Source of the DNA: an uncultured Candidatus Saccharibacteria bacterium
Lineage (GTDB): Bacteria; Patescibacteriota; 4484-211; JAGQKX01
Direction: 5' to 3'
DNA: 64,000 nucleotides
Assembly: GCA_964392315.1 (NCBI GenBank)
Contig: CAYMOT010000001.1
Coordinates: forward strand, 137,578 to 201,577
Shown in pieces: positions 39,349-49,722 of the stretch (its first letter is position 1; every line of letters begins with the position of its first letter). The position numbers were made by a program, and so were the translations under genes. The notes below the pieces were generated by a model. The model ran no database searches, was not told where the DNA came from, and saw only the letters and a program-made list of their open reading frames with translations.

Positions 39349-39474
39349 GAACACAATTCCAACAATCAGCACATATACACATTGACATCTGCAACAGTTT
39401 TCTGACGCGCAGCTGTCTGTTTGTACATTTGTTGATTAGGATATTTGACTACTAACTTGGAGGAGGTGAAAACT

Positions 39475-39906
39475 ATGTCACGCATAATTAGATGGGATCC
39501 GTTTCATGAGCTGCGGCAAGTAATGAATACTTGGCCAACAATGGACATGGATGATGACTTTGGAAGCGCACTTGCTGTTGATGTAAGCCAAGACGATACC
39601 AACGTCTACATCGAAGCTGACCTACCGGGATATTCACCGGATGATGTAGATATCACAGTCACTGCCGACCAGGTAACCATCAAAGCTGAAAAAAGAGAGG
39701 AAACGGAAGAGAAGACGAAAGAATACATACGACGCGAACGCCGGTCTGGATACACTGCACGCACCGTTGCGCTTCCCGCACCAGTAGTGAGCGAGAATGC
39801 AGCAGCAGACTTCGAAGACGGGAAACTTACTCTCACGCTGCCAAAAGTGGAGGAAGTTCGCCCAAAACAGATTAAAGTTAAAGCGAAGAAGAAAGATGAA
39901 GAGTAA
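39475..39906 (+). CDS. Hsp20/alpha-crystallin family small heat-shock protein
   Basis: The GGAGGAGGTG RBS sits 7 nt before the ATG at 39475. The alpha-crystallin domain is present (AVDVSQDDTNVYIEADLPGYSPDDVDITV...GKLTLTLPK). Confidence 0.85.
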   Translation: MSRIIRWDPFHELRQVMNTWPTMDMDDDFGSALAVDVSQDDTNVYIEADLPGYSPDDVDITVTADQVTIKAEKREETEEKTKEYIRRERRSGYTARTVALPAPVVSENAAADFEDGKLTLTLPKVEEVRPKQIKVKAKKKDEE

Positions 39907-39956
39907 CGTGCTATACTCCCTACAAGGAGGTATGTACTATGTACACACACATCCTG

Positions 39957-39980
39957 GAGACTCCCGGCTCAGGGAGTCTC
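39957..39980. terminator. Hairpin between convergent hsp20 and trpS
   Basis: GAGACTCCC-ggctca-GGGAGTCTC (9-bp stem) followed by tttgtag. Confidence 0.45.
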
Positions 39981-39994
39981 TTTGTAGGGAACCT

Positions 39995-41005
39995 CTAGAC
40001 ACCTGGATAGTTTATCCGCATAGCCTCGCGAACCTGACTCATTGTTTGCATTGCTTCATGCTTTGCCCTTTCTGTTCCTTCTTGTAATATACCCCACACC
40101 TCATCAGGATGGCTTTCAAAATAGTGATGCCGTTCTCTTATTGGTTCGAGAAATGTATTTAGTGCAATTGCAAGTTTTTGCTTGACTTCGACATCGCCGA
40201 CCGTACCTTCACGGTATCGCTGCTTTAAATCAGCGACTTCGTCGTGATTAGGATTAAACGCATCATGATAGACAAACACCGGATTGCCCTCTACCGTACC
40301 CGGGTCAGTCGGGTGTACTCGGCTTGGATCAGTGTACATCCCCATCACTTTGCGCGAAACCTCCTCGGCAGAGTCCCGCAGATAGATAGTATTGCCAATA
40401 CTTTTACTCATCTTTGCGCCTCCATCAGTACCAACAAGTCGTGCCACCTCTCCTACTTTAGCCTCGGGCTCTGGAAACACAGTGCCATATAGCGCATTGA
40501 AACGGCGTGCGATTTCGCGAGTCTGTTCGATGTGGGGCACCTGATCTTCGCCCACAGGCACCACCTCGCCCTTAACAATTAAGATGTCTGCAGCCTGTGA
40601 CACCGGGTACATTAGAAACCCTAGCGGCAACGACCGCGCCATATCTTTTTGCTGTATTTCATCCTTAACGGTAGGGTTTCTTTCAAGGCGTGCAACCGTA
40701 ACGAGATTAGCAAAAAAAATCGTAAGTTCAGCAATTTCGGGAATTAATGATTGAATGAAAAACGTTACCTTTCGAGGATCCACACCTGCAGCAAGATTGC
40801 CTATTGCCGCATTAATAACATTTTCTCGAACTTTCTCTGGGTTATCAAAATTATCGGTTAACGCTTGCACGTCAGCATTCAAGATAAACGTTTCATACTC
40901 ATCCTGCATGGTGACGCGACTTTTGAGCGTGCCAACGTAGTGGCCAAGGTGCAAATAGCCCGTAGGACGATCTCCCGTAAGTATCCGTTTCATACACCCG
41001 ATCAT
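39995..41005 (-). CDS. trpS: Tryptophan--tRNA ligase
   Basis: Class I HIGH (TGYLHLGHYVG) and KMSKS motifs. 336 aa. Confidence 0.9.
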   Translation of the reverse strand: MIGCMKRILTGDRPTGYLHLGHYVGTLKSRVTMQDEYETFILNADVQALTDNFDNPEKVRENVINAAIGNLAAGVDPRKVTFFIQSLIPEIAELTIFFANLVTVARLERNPTVKDEIQQKDMARSLPLGFLMYPVSQAADILIVKGEVVPVGEDQVPHIEQTREIARRFNALYGTVFPEPEAKVGEVARLVGTDGGAKMSKSIGNTIYLRDSAEEVSRKVMGMYTDPSRVHPTDPGTVEGNPVFVYHDAFNPNHDEVADLKQRYREGTVGDVEVKQKLAIALNTFLEPIRERHHYFESHPDEVWGILQEGTERAKHEAMQTMSQVREAMRINYPGV

Positions 41006-41080
41006 AGCATAAATTATCGACTGACTGCCTGTACAAAAACACCATCTTCACGAAATGATTACACCCGATACAATAACACT

Positions 41081-42010
41081 ATGCGTTCTTACGAAACAAT
41101 TCTCAGTGCATGGCACAAGACACTCATGTATAGCAACATATTTGACTATCCTCTTACCAAAGATGAAGTATACACATACTTACTCTCAAAACGTCACGTA
41201 CCACAAAAAGACTTTGATGAGTGGTTTTACAAAAACACGACGCTGTTGCACCAACGCTATTCTAATGAGTCAGAATATTGGACCCTTCCAGGAAGAGACA
41301 CACTTGTACCTAGCCGCAAAAAAAGGTACCGAATTTCAGAGAAAAAGCTCTCTGAGGCACGGCTGATTACTCTGCCGCTATTTTTCCTACCATGGGTACA
41401 GTTTATAGGGGTAACGGGTACGGTAGCTGCATATAACGCACGCAAAGAAGACGACATTGATATATTGATTATTACTACACCACACCGCACTTGGATTACA
41501 CGATTTCTGGCCCTTACCTACTTGTCCCTTATTAGGAAACGTTTTGATACACGAAAACAATCACTTCATAATACTTATTGCATCAACCATCTTATGAGTA
41601 CGGACAAACTCGAGTCAAAGCAACAGGATGTCTATATAGCTAACGAAATAATGCGTGTGCGACCCCTGTGGGAACGAAACAATACCTTTAATAGATTTTT
41701 GCGTGACAATTCGTGGCTTTTTGATATCGTACCCACCTGGTATACCATGACCTATAAGCCGTCAGCTCCACAACAAACTAAGACATCTGAAAGCGGCACG
41801 TTTACTCAGCATCTTACTTTTATACTCCTTGCGCCATTCAGAACGCCGTTTGTGTTTATGTCGTGGTTAGTTGATATCAGTGAAAAATTCGTCAAAAAGT
41901 GGCAAATAAAGAGGGCAGAACCAAGAAGCACTCGTGAGGATCTCCTCACACACCATATTCATGATAATCGAGCATGGATTTTGAGGGAGTTCGCCAATGC
42001 GTTACGTTAA
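41081..42010 (+). CDS. Hypothetical protein with a possible Pol-beta-type nucleotidyltransferase motif
   Basis: Start taken at the ATG at 41081, because the track ORF extends antisense into trpS. GVTGTVAAYNARKEDDIDILII resembles an hG[GS]...DxD nucleotidyltransferase motif. Confidence 0.35.
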   Translation: MRSYETILSAWHKTLMYSNIFDYPLTKDEVYTYLLSKRHVPQKDFDEWFYKNTTLLHQRYSNESEYWTLPGRDTLVPSRKKRYRISEKKLSEARLITLPLFFLPWVQFIGVTGTVAAYNARKEDDIDILIITTPHRTWITRFLALTYLSLIRKRFDTRKQSLHNTYCINHLMSTDKLESKQQDVYIANEIMRVRPLWERNNTFNRFLRDNSWLFDIVPTWYTMTYKPSAPQQTKTSESGTFTQHLTFILLAPFRTPFVFMSWLVDISEKFVKKWQIKRAEPRSTREDLLTHHIHDNRAWILREFANALR

Positions 42011-42012
42011 CA

Positions 42013-43656
42013 CTACATCATTCCACCCATATCTGGCATTCCACCAGCCGGCATCGTATCTTTTTCTTCCTTTATCTCAGCGACTAATGCTTCTGTCGTC
42101 AAAATATTAATAGCAACCGAAGCGGCATTCTCTACAGCTAGACGAGTCATTTTTACTGGATCTATGATCCCAGCTTCTACGAGATCGGTAAATTCCCCCG
42201 TCATGACATTAAACCCGAAATTCCCCTCTTTGCTTTCTAGTTCGCGTAAAACCCACCCCGCATCATATCCAGCGTTTTTTGCCAATTGGCGAACCGGTGC
42301 TTCTAATGCATTGTAAACAATTTTATAGGCAATTGACTGGTCACCGTCTCCGTGCATCGCTTCTTTCAATACAGTGCGGGCACGCAGGAGCGCAACTCCA
42401 CCCCCCGGAACAATTCCTTCTTCGATAGCAGCTTTTGTCGCATTTACCGCATCTTCTACCCGGTACTTCCGCTCTTTCATTTCAGTTTCTGTCGCTGCAC
42501 CAACCCCAAGAACCGCAACGCCTCCTGCTAACTTTGCTACTCGTTCTTGCAATTTCTCTCGATCATAGTCTGAATCTGTTTGATCCATCTGTGCGCGGAT
42601 CTGTGAAACACGGGCTTCTATTGTTTCTTTAGAGCCTTTACCGCCAACAATAGTACTATCGTCCTTTGTACTAATCACCCTATCTGCTTGGCCTAAATCA
42701 TCCATAGTCACACTCTCCAACGTGCGACCTATCTCTTCTGAGATCACTTGCCCTCCGGTAAGAACTGCAATATCTTCAAGCATAGCCTTTCTTCGATCAC
42801 CAAATCCTGGTGCCTTTATAACGAGGACATTAAACGTCCCTCGTAGCTTGTTCACCACAAGTGTCGCAAGCGCCTCACCTTCAACATCTTCTGCAATAAT
42901 TACAAAATTCTTGGTGACTTTTACGAGATTCTCGAGCATGGGAAGGAGTTCGCTGATAGCACTAATTTTTTTGTCTGTTATGAGAATATGCGCATTTTCC
43001 ACCACTGACTGCATACGTGCACTGTCTGTAATAAAGTACGCAGAAGCATACCCACGATCAAACTGCATACCTTCGCGATAATCAACTTCAAACCCTAACC
43101 CTTTTGACTCTTCGACCGTCACCACACCTTCATCCCCAACCTTTTCTAGTGCATCTGCAATGCGTTCACCGATTTCTGCATCAGCGGCGGATATAGTGGC
43201 GATTTGCATTTTCTCCTCTCGTGTTGAAACGTCCTTTTTTATACCTTTAAGTGCGTCTACAACTTTTTCAGAGGCGTGGGTAATTCCGGATCGAAGTACC
43301 ATGGGATTCACCCCTGCAGCAATGTTCTTTAAACCTTCCTCCACTAGCGCTTGAGCCAAAACTATTGAAGTAGTCGTACCGTCTCCAGCAAGGTCGTTCG
43401 TCTTACTCGCTGCCTCACGCACCATCTGCGCACCCATATTCTCAAAGGGATCTTCCAATTCAACGGCTTTAGCAACGGTGATACCGTCGTGGGTCAAGTT
43501 GGGACTCCCAAAGCTCTGCCCAATAGCAACATTTCGCCCTTTGGGTCCTAGCGTTGTGATGACCGCCTGCGAAAGCGCATCGACACCTTTTTTTAGTTTT
43601 TTTCGCGCTTCGTCCGAATAAATGATTTGTTTAGCCATATTCTTTATCTCCAGCAA
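42013..43656 (-). CDS. groEL: Chaperonin GroEL
   Basis: [15 protein letters not shown]...DGTTT motifs and the C-terminal GGM tail. Confidence 0.95.
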   Translation of the reverse strand: MLEIKNMAKQIIYSDEARKKLKKGVDALSQAVITTLGPKGRNVAIGQSFGSPNLTHDGITVAKAVELEDPFENMGAQMVREAASKTNDLAGDGTTTSIVLAQALVEEGLKNIAAGVNPMVLRSGITHASEKVVDALKGIKKDVSTREEKMQIATISAADAEIGERIADALEKVGDEGVVTVEESKGLGFEVDYREGMQFDRGYASAYFITDSARMQSVVENAHILITDKKISAISELLPMLENLVKVTKNFVIIAEDVEGEALATLVVNKLRGTFNVLVIKAPGFGDRRKAMLEDIAVLTGGQVISEEIGRTLESVTMDDLGQADRVISTKDDSTIVGGKGSKETIEARVSQIRAQMDQTDSDYDREKLQERVAKLAGGVAVLGVGAATETEMKERKYRVEDAVNATKAAIEEGIVPGGGVALLRARTVLKEAMHGDGDQSIAYKIVYNALEAPVRQLAKNAGYDAGWVLRELESKEGNFGFNVMTGEFTDLVEAGIIDPVKMTRLAVENAASVAINILTTEALVAEIKEEKDTMPAGGMPDMGGMM

Positions 43657-43666
43657 AGAAAGATTA

Positions 43667-43969
43667 CTAACCCTCTATCTTTGCCAAAATATCTTTGTAC
43701 GCAACTAAAAGTAATTCTTCTCCATCCACCTTTACTTCTTGCGGACCGTACTTCGTAAACACAACCCTATCTCCAACCGTAAGATCATCAATTGCCACCC
43801 TTTTGCCCTCTTCATTCCGTGCTCCAGGTCCAACAGCAATTACTTCGCCCTCTTCAGGTCGTTCCTTCGAAGCTGTATCGGGCAAGATAATACCGCTCTC
43901 GGTTTTTTCTTCTTTTGTATATGGTTTGATCAAAACCTTGTCGTTTAATGGAGTTACGCTTTTTGACAT
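43667..43969 (-). CDS. groES: Co-chaperonin GroES
   Basis: LNDKVLIKP...GIILPDTA...GEVIAVGPG. Start taken at MSKSV. Confidence 0.9.
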   Translation of the reverse strand: MSKSVTPLNDKVLIKPYTKEEKTESGIILPDTASKERPEEGEVIAVGPGARNEEGKRVAIDDLTVGDRVVFTKYGPQEVKVDGEELLLVAYKDILAKIEG

Positions 43970-44016
43970 AATAGTAATACTTCGCATTTTGAATTGTATG
44001 CAAAAAATTTATTGTG

Positions 44017-45387
44017 TCAAGACCTGAGTTGGGTAAGTGTTTGGTTAAGCAAGAAGGCTGCTTCATCGAGTCCTTTTTGCGCATTTCCTTGCTGTGCACT
44101 TCTTACCGCGGTCGATAGCCCCGAAACCGCAACATCATTCAGTACTTCATCATGCGTTGCACCTGCGAACATCCACGAAGTCGCGGTGGGAAATTGGCGT
44201 ACATACGGACCCAATCTAGGATCATTACTGAGCGCTCCTGCCATATCTGGACGAGGATAGGGCTCTCCAAAACCTCGCACACTCGCCGCAGTTTTGTAAA
44301 ACTCAGCCAAGGTATCTTGCTCAGTCATATGCTTTAGTAAGCGCCAGGATTCTTCTGGGTCACTTCCATTCTTTGGCACGACTTCCACCCAATAAGTCGC
44401 CCAGTTGACGTCTGCTGTTCTCCCAGACAACTGGGGCGCAGGTGCTACTTTCACACTAAAGGGAGGATCCGCATTTAGGATTTCCAATAAGCGGTATGAG
44501 GGGATAAAGAGCATTGCGACCTTTCCTTCGATAAACGCTTGCGTCGAGCCGCCTTCCCAGGTAGGTTCAAATGAATCTACCACAGTGCTGTATTTAATAT
44601 AGTAATTGAGAACATCTCGCCCGAGGTTACTCCTTCCGTCAGGTGAGGTCGTCGTATTGAATGCTATTTCTCCTTCTGCGTCAACAAACTGAACTCCGTT
44701 CTGTGCAAACATTAATCCAAGCAGGTCTGAAAAATTGTCTACATTCTCAGCATATCCCATTGCTATGGCGCCTTGTATCAGTTGCCCTTGGTTGTTTTTC
44801 TTGTTTAACGGTTTTACGAATTCTTCAAAGTCATCCCAATTGACCGGAGGCTCGGAATATCCCGCTTGCGCAAGGAGATCCTCATTGTATACCAAGGCAA
44901 GACTGTCAAGCCCCAATGGCATTCCATAGGCACTACCTCCTATCACAAGATCTTTGGTTACAACTGGATAAAATCTACTTGAAAATTCACTGGTGGTCAT
45001 GATGTCTTCAGGCAATGGCGCAAGCAAATCAGTTAAAAAGGGAACCCATGTTGCATGCACACGGACAATATCTGGCGGATTTGTAGTAGCGAGTCGAGAG
45101 CGAACCGTTGCAAAATGTTGGCGAGGGTCACGCATCTGATACGCAACCGATACATGTTCACGTTGGGTTTGTTTATATGTATCAAACAATGGTTGCATAA
45201 TCGTGTTTGGCTCCCACAAACCCCAATACTCAAGGGTAATTGGCTTTCGGCTTCCACCACCAATAAACGGCACCCATTCCGGAAACTGAATTTCTATTCC
45301 GATAAGTGGAACAGTACAGCCAGTCAGTGCAAATGAGAGAACCACAAAATACGTAGCAAGAAGAGCGCGTTTTGCTCGAGAAGTCAT
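44017..45387 (-). CDS. Extracellular solute-binding lipoprotein (ABC-transporter SBP family 1, sugar-type)
   Basis: Lipobox LTGC after a signal peptide. Overall SBP_bac_1-like pattern. No cognate permease or ATPase genes are adjacent. Confidence 0.65.
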   Translation of the reverse strand: MTSRAKRALLATYFVVLSFALTGCTVPLIGIEIQFPEWVPFIGGGSRKPITLEYWGLWEPNTIMQPLFDTYKQTQREHVSVAYQMRDPRQHFATVRSRLATTNPPDIVRVHATWVPFLTDLLAPLPEDIMTTSEFSSRFYPVVTKDLVIGGSAYGMPLGLDSLALVYNEDLLAQAGYSEPPVNWDDFEEFVKPLNKKNNQGQLIQGAIAMGYAENVDNFSDLLGLMFAQNGVQFVDAEGEIAFNTTTSPDGRSNLGRDVLNYYIKYSTVVDSFEPTWEGGSTQAFIEGKVAMLFIPSYRLLEILNADPPFSVKVAPAPQLSGRTADVNWATYWVEVVPKNGSDPEESWRLLKHMTEQDTLAEFYKTAASVRGFGEPYPRPDMAGALSNDPRLGPYVRQFPTATSWMFAGATHDEVLNDVAVSGLSTAVRSAQQGNAQKGLDEAAFLLNQTLTQLRS

Positions 45388-45411
45388 GTTAAAATACTAG
45401 CATCGCCGTTT

Positions 45412-46506
45412 ATGATACGTCAATTGTTCCCTTTATTTATCGGGAGTTTTTTTATTTCACTCGTACTGACTCCGTTTGCTATACGCCTTAGCCGCCGTTT
45501 CCATATCGTTGACGACCCTACCAGAACACACCCAGGCAACATTACCCATCGATCCATACCCAGATCAGGTGGTGTCGCAATGTATATCGCATTCTCTATC
45601 GTTAGTTGGCTCTTCTTCCCCCACGAGCCAATAGTAAATGCATTGATTATTGGTGGAGGGGTCATAGTGCTTGCAGGAATTATTGACGACAAATATAACC
45701 TTTCACCCTATACTCGATTATTTGTTATATGGCCGCTTGCTTCGCTTTTTGTCATTGCCGCCGGGGTTTCGTTTTACATGACCAATCCTCTCGGAACCGG
45801 GTTGCTCTATTTTGACTGGCTGGTAATACAAACACCGTTCGCTGCAATTCCGAAAATAATTCTTCCTGCGCACCTTATAATCATTGGCTGGGCAATATGG
45901 GTTATCAACATGGTCAAGCTTTCAAAAGGAGCAAGCCAACTACCGGGTATGGCATTTTTCGCCTGTATCACCATCGCGGCAGTGGCTCTCAAATATTCTA
46001 GCGGCAACCCTACCCAGATCCTTACCGCGTCACTTGCAGTCATCCTTGCTGGCGCGGTGCTTGCGTTTGTTCCGTTTAATTTTCCACCAGAGCGTATGCT
46101 ACCCGGTGATAGCGCGGCGGCGTTTATTGGATTCATTCTTGCAACACTATCGATTTTGTCAGGTAGCAAACTCGCTGCCGCAGTCATCGTTCTAGGAGTC
46201 CCTGCTATCGATATGGCCGTTGTTATTCTTTTGCGTATAAAAAAGGGCAAGAACCCACTTACCTCAGCAGGGAAGGATCACCTATACCATAAACTTATGC
46301 AATTAGGGATTCGGAAGGAGCTGGTCATTCTATTGTATTGGACCGTGACTGCCATTCTAGGTGCACTCGCTGTTTTACCCGGAGGAAGCAGAGATAAAAT
46401 CGTTGTGCTCATCGCCCTTATTGTGTTTATCACAGGCATTATCGTCTACATTCACCGGAAAACCGACGGTGCGTCACCACAGGAGCCAAGCGCTTCGAAC
46501 ATGTAA
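45412..46506 (+). CDS. Glycosyltransferase family 4 polyprenyl-phosphate sugar-1-phosphate transferase (WecA/TagO/MraY family)
   Basis: About 10 TM helices, the HxxxIPRxGG motif (THRSIPRSGGV) and a DD motif (IIDDKYNL). Confidence 0.7.
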   Translation: MIRQLFPLFIGSFFISLVLTPFAIRLSRRFHIVDDPTRTHPGNITHRSIPRSGGVAMYIAFSIVSWLFFPHEPIVNALIIGGGVIVLAGIIDDKYNLSPYTRLFVIWPLASLFVIAAGVSFYMTNPLGTGLLYFDWLVIQTPFAAIPKIILPAHLIIIGWAIWVINMVKLSKGASQLPGMAFFACITIAAVALKYSSGNPTQILTASLAVILAGAVLAFVPFNFPPERMLPGDSAAAFIGFILATLSILSGSKLAAAVIVLGVPAIDMAVVILLRIKKGKNPLTSAGKDHLYHKLMQLGIRKELVILLYWTVTAILGALAVLPGGSRDKIVVLIALIVFITGIIVYIHRKTDGASPQEPSASNM

Positions 46507-46509
46507 TGC

Positions 46510-47268
46510 TTAAATTCGTGGCTGTAGGAGCAAAGGAAGAGTAATCGGTGCTGTCTCAGTGTCGTTTCTGCCTATTATCACAATATTCATTGTTGCAGAT
46601 GCCTGAGATGGAATAGTAATTGGTGTCGTATTTGCCCCTGCGAGCTTTCCGTCAGTTATTACAAGGTTTGCTCGAAATATCGACGCTCCCTGCTCAAAAG
46701 ACCTCGTTAAAGGATCCACCAAAAGTTTCCCTTCTTCTACTGCCCGAACGATCACCATCTCTCCATCGATAACCACCGCATGTACCCCAATACCTACCGA
46801 GGAATCCTCCACCGTTAGCGCAATATCACCAACGCGTGCCGGGGCCATAAGAGTCGTGTTATGTATAGCATCAACCGACGCAAGGGAGGCAACAAGCATG
46901 CGGTAACCTTCGGCTGGACGCGGCAAATCCTCTAATACTAACTCCAGGGTGAGTGCGTTATTGCGCTTATTGTAGATCGTATAAAGCGTATGATATGCCG
47001 CCAGCTTTCCTTTAAACGAGGTGAGGTTGAGGGTATCTTTGAACATATTCCCGTGTTGTTCTGAAGTAAAAGATGCGTGTTCTCCAAAATCAAAGAAATT
47101 CGGTAACACCACAAAATCCCCACCTTCAGTTGCAACACCTGCAACAGATGAACCTGTCTGCGTCATCTGGGTCAAAACATGTGCCATACTTACCGGCAAT
47201 ATAAACATGAACGCCAGTACACCTATAAGAAGTGCGTTAATAATAAAAGATAATGGTGCGTGATTCAT
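46510..47268 (-). CDS. Hypothetical N-terminally anchored protein
   Basis: 252 aa with one TM helix. Its start overlaps the stop of the upstream membrane-protein gene by 4 nt (ATGA), which suggests translational coupling. Confidence 0.4.
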   Translation of the reverse strand: MNHAPLSFIINALLIGVLAFMFILPVSMAHVLTQMTQTGSSVAGVATEGGDFVVLPNFFDFGEHASFTSEQHGNMFKDTLNLTSFKGKLAAYHTLYTIYNKRNNALTLELVLEDLPRPAEGYRMLVASLASVDAIHNTTLMAPARVGDIALTVEDSSVGIGVHAVVIDGEMVIVRAVEEGKLLVDPLTRSFEQGASIFRANLVITDGKLAGANTTPITIPSQASATMNIVIIGRNDTETAPITLPLLLQPRI

Positions 47269-47777
47269 GACAACATCTCCCGTTCAATATCTGCAATAAT
47301 CAGCCATGTCAAAAATGCCGCAATCGTGAACCCGATTGCGGTCGTCCACCCATATGCTAAACCTGCTACTGCATGCACAATACCAAGTAACACAAACAAC
47401 CACAGGTATGATAGCCATACAATTGCCTGGTGATACACATCTACCGATGAGGTAACGAGTCTAGTCAAATCCCACGATAGTAACCGCAGCACAAGCTTCG
47501 GAGAGATATGCGTGTCATGTAGATGCACCGCCCGAAAGATAATCCATAAGAGCCCCGCACCAAGCACAATGAGCACCATAAGGTTGGAATATGAATTAAC
47601 AACAAGAAGCGCATCACGAGAGGGTAACTCTATTCCAAACGAAGACTGGACGTTAATTCTCCACACATATCCAAGCAGGCTTGCAATTCCCCACATACCC
47701 AACACTTTCGCGCCAATAACCAAAACCGCGGGAACGATTGCTTCGTCAATTAATCTCAAAAGGATGCGTGAAATCAT
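47265..47777 (-). CDS. Hypothetical polytopic membrane protein
   Basis: The ORF-track start at 47969 would overlap lepA by about 125 bp. The internal Met at 47777 (MISRILL...) is preferred. Confidence 0.35.
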   Translation of the reverse strand: MISRILLRLIDEAIVPAVLVIGAKVLGMWGIASLLGYVWRINVQSSFGIELPSRDALLVVNSYSNLMVLIVLGAGLLWIIFRAVHLHDTHISPKLVLRLLSWDLTRLVTSSVDVYHQAIVWLSYLWLFVLLGIVHAVAGLAYGWTTAIGFTIAAFLTWLIIADIEREMLS

Positions 47778-47844
47778 GGCAGTGCAATAATCTACTAAAC
47801 TATAGTCACGTTTTACCGCACGGGTCAAGGGGGAAAGGGTATAA

Positions 47845-49599
47845 CTACAAATTTTTAATAAACTCACGGAACACATCCGTGGGGACGCTGATTTGTCCGA
47901 GTTGTTTAAGCCGTTTTTTGCCTTTTTTCTGCTTCTCAAGAAGTTTGTCTTTGCGGGTCCTATCTCCACCGTATAGCTTGGCAGTTACATCTTTTCGTAC
48001 CGCTGGAACGTCGGCACGTGCAACAATCTTTCCATTGACCGCCGCTTGTACCGGCAACTTAAACTGCTGACGAGGGAGGATTTCTTTTAAACGTTCAACC
48101 ATTTTCTTACCTTGCTCTACTGCAAGCGTTCGGACCGTTTGTATTGAAAGGGCATCTATTTCTTCACTGTTGAGTAAAATCGAAAGGGTCACCACATCCG
48201 CTGGACGGTAACCAATGGGTTCATATTCAAAAGACGCATATCCAGACGTCGCTGATTTCAAATGATCATAAAAGTCCGACATAATAGACAGTAGCGGCAG
48301 CTCAAACACCATCTTAATTCGATCTGTCGCACTTTCAAAAATATTTTGGGTGTCAATCAGCTGTCCTCGGAAGTTGGCGCATACATTGAGCACATTACCT
48401 ATGAAACTATTCGGCACAATTATGTCAGCTCGCACCCATTGCTCATGGCCGTCCTTGAACTCTACGGTGGGGGTAGTCACGATGACCTCGACTCCCAATT
48501 CTCGCTCGAGGCGTTCTTTCACAATATCTACATGCAACAGACCCAAAAAACCACACTTAAACCCAAAGCCCAATACCCGCGAAGTGGTCGGCTCAAATGA
48601 CAACGCTGAATCATTGAGCGCAAGCCGCTCTATTGATTCACGCAGAGCTTTATATTCTTCGTTCTCAACAGGAAACAATGAAGCGAATACCAGCGGCTGC
48701 ATAGGCCGGTAACCAGGCAATCCTGAAACAGCAGAATCTTTGTGCGTTAGCGTGTCACCCACTCGAACTTGCGAGATATCTTTAATACCAGATGCAACAT
48801 AACCAACCTCTCCCGTAGACAATATTTGTGCAGGAACAAGCCCTTCAACCAAATACCCCAGCTCTTGCACGACAAATTCCTCATGTGCGTGGACAAACCG
48901 TGCATGAGATGCGTGCTCTAATGACCCATCGACGACCCGAATCATCGCAACAACCCCTCGATGCGCATCATAGAAACTGTCAAAAACGAGCGCCCGCAAC
49001 GGATTCTCTGCTGCACCCCGCGGCGGAGGTATACGTACAAGAATCTGTTGTAATAGTGCCTCAACACCATCCCCTGTTTTTCCCGAAGTATATAGAATTT
49101 CATCCTCCGAAAAGCCAAACGTGTGCTTCAACTCTTCAGTTACCTCCTGAGTGCGCGCCTGAGGCAAGTCGATCTTGTTGACTACGGGGATGATCACCAA
49201 TCCCTGCTCTACCGCGCGATATGCGTGGGCGAGGGTTTGTGCTTGAATTCCTTGGGCTGCGTCTACCAGCAAGATTGCCCCTTCGCATGCGGCAAGAGAC
49301 CGAGTGACTTCATACGTAAAATCCACATGCCCGGGAGTATCAATAAGGTTCAATATGTATGTTGAAGATTGGTTGGAACTGTCCAACTGGTCATCGTATT
49401 GATAATGCATCCGTACTGCTTGAAGCTTAATAGTGATACCACGTTCACGTTCAAGTTCTAATTTGTCCAAAAACTGAGACTGCATATGTCGAACATCAAC
49501 AGTCTTAGTGATTTCAAGCATACGATCAGCTAGCGTTGACTTGCCGTGATCAATATGGGCAATAATACAAAAGTTGCGTATAAGATTTACTGAAGACAT
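47845..49599 (-). CDS. lepA: Elongation factor 4 (LepA)
   Basis: Start taken at MSSVNLIRNFCIIAHIDHGKSTLADR (G1 motif). G3 DTPGHVDF and G4 NKID are present. The track adds a 35-aa N-terminal extension, which is rejected. Confidence 0.9.
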   Translation of the reverse strand: MSSVNLIRNFCIIAHIDHGKSTLADRMLEITKTVDVRHMQSQFLDKLELERERGITIKLQAVRMHYQYDDQLDSSNQSSTYILNLIDTPGHVDFTYEVTRSLAACEGAILLVDAAQGIQAQTLAHAYRAVEQGLVIIPVVNKIDLPQARTQEVTEELKHTFGFSEDEILYTSGKTGDGVEALLQQILVRIPPPRGAAENPLRALVFDSFYDAHRGVVAMIRVVDGSLEHASHARFVHAHEEFVVQELGYLVEGLVPAQILSTGEVGYVASGIKDISQVRVGDTLTHKDSAVSGLPGYRPMQPLVFASLFPVENEEYKALRESIERLALNDSALSFEPTTSRVLGFGFKCGFLGLLHVDIVKERLERELGVEVIVTTPTVEFKDGHEQWVRADIIVPNSFIGNVLNVCANFRGQLIDTQNIFESATDRIKMVFELPLLSIMSDFYDHLKSATSGYASFEYEPIGYRPADVVTLSILLNSEEIDALSIQTVRTLAVEQGKKMVERLKEILPRQQFKLPVQAAVNGKIVARADVPAVRKDVTAKLYGGDRTRKDKLLEKQKKGKKRLKQLGQISVPTDVFREFIKNL

Positions 49600-49722
49600 A
49601 TTTCTTGTGTCATTATAAAGCAAAAACGAGGCATAACGCCTCGTCTTTGCATAATGTGCTAATTGTGTTGTCATTTCTGACAATACAACCATTATATACA
49701 CCACACTCGTTCACGCAAACCC

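Noticed and set aside
39188-39440. CIRCE element upstream of hrcA and hsp20
   Set aside because: Only direct AGCACT repeats are present. The inverted repeat TTAGCACTC-N9-GAGTGCTAA was not found.
40865-41080. Upstream extension of the 41081 gene (track start 40865)
   Set aside because: It runs antisense through the 5' end of trpS. The ATG at 41081 is preferred.
41006-41080. T-box leader for trpS
   Set aside because: Only about 75 bp separate trpS from the divergent upstream gene, which is too short for a T-box riboswitch. No specifier or T-box motif was seen.
36130-43656. Numerous 60-170-aa ORFs antisense or out of frame inside dnaK, dnaJ, groEL, primase, rpoD and similar genes
   Set aside because: They are embedded in strongly supported conserved genes and have low-complexity or biased composition. 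They are six-frame artefacts.
49600-49704. 35-aa N-terminal extension of lepA
   Set aside because: LepA homologs begin right at the G1 motif region (MSSVNLIRNF...IAHIDHGKST). The extension has no support.
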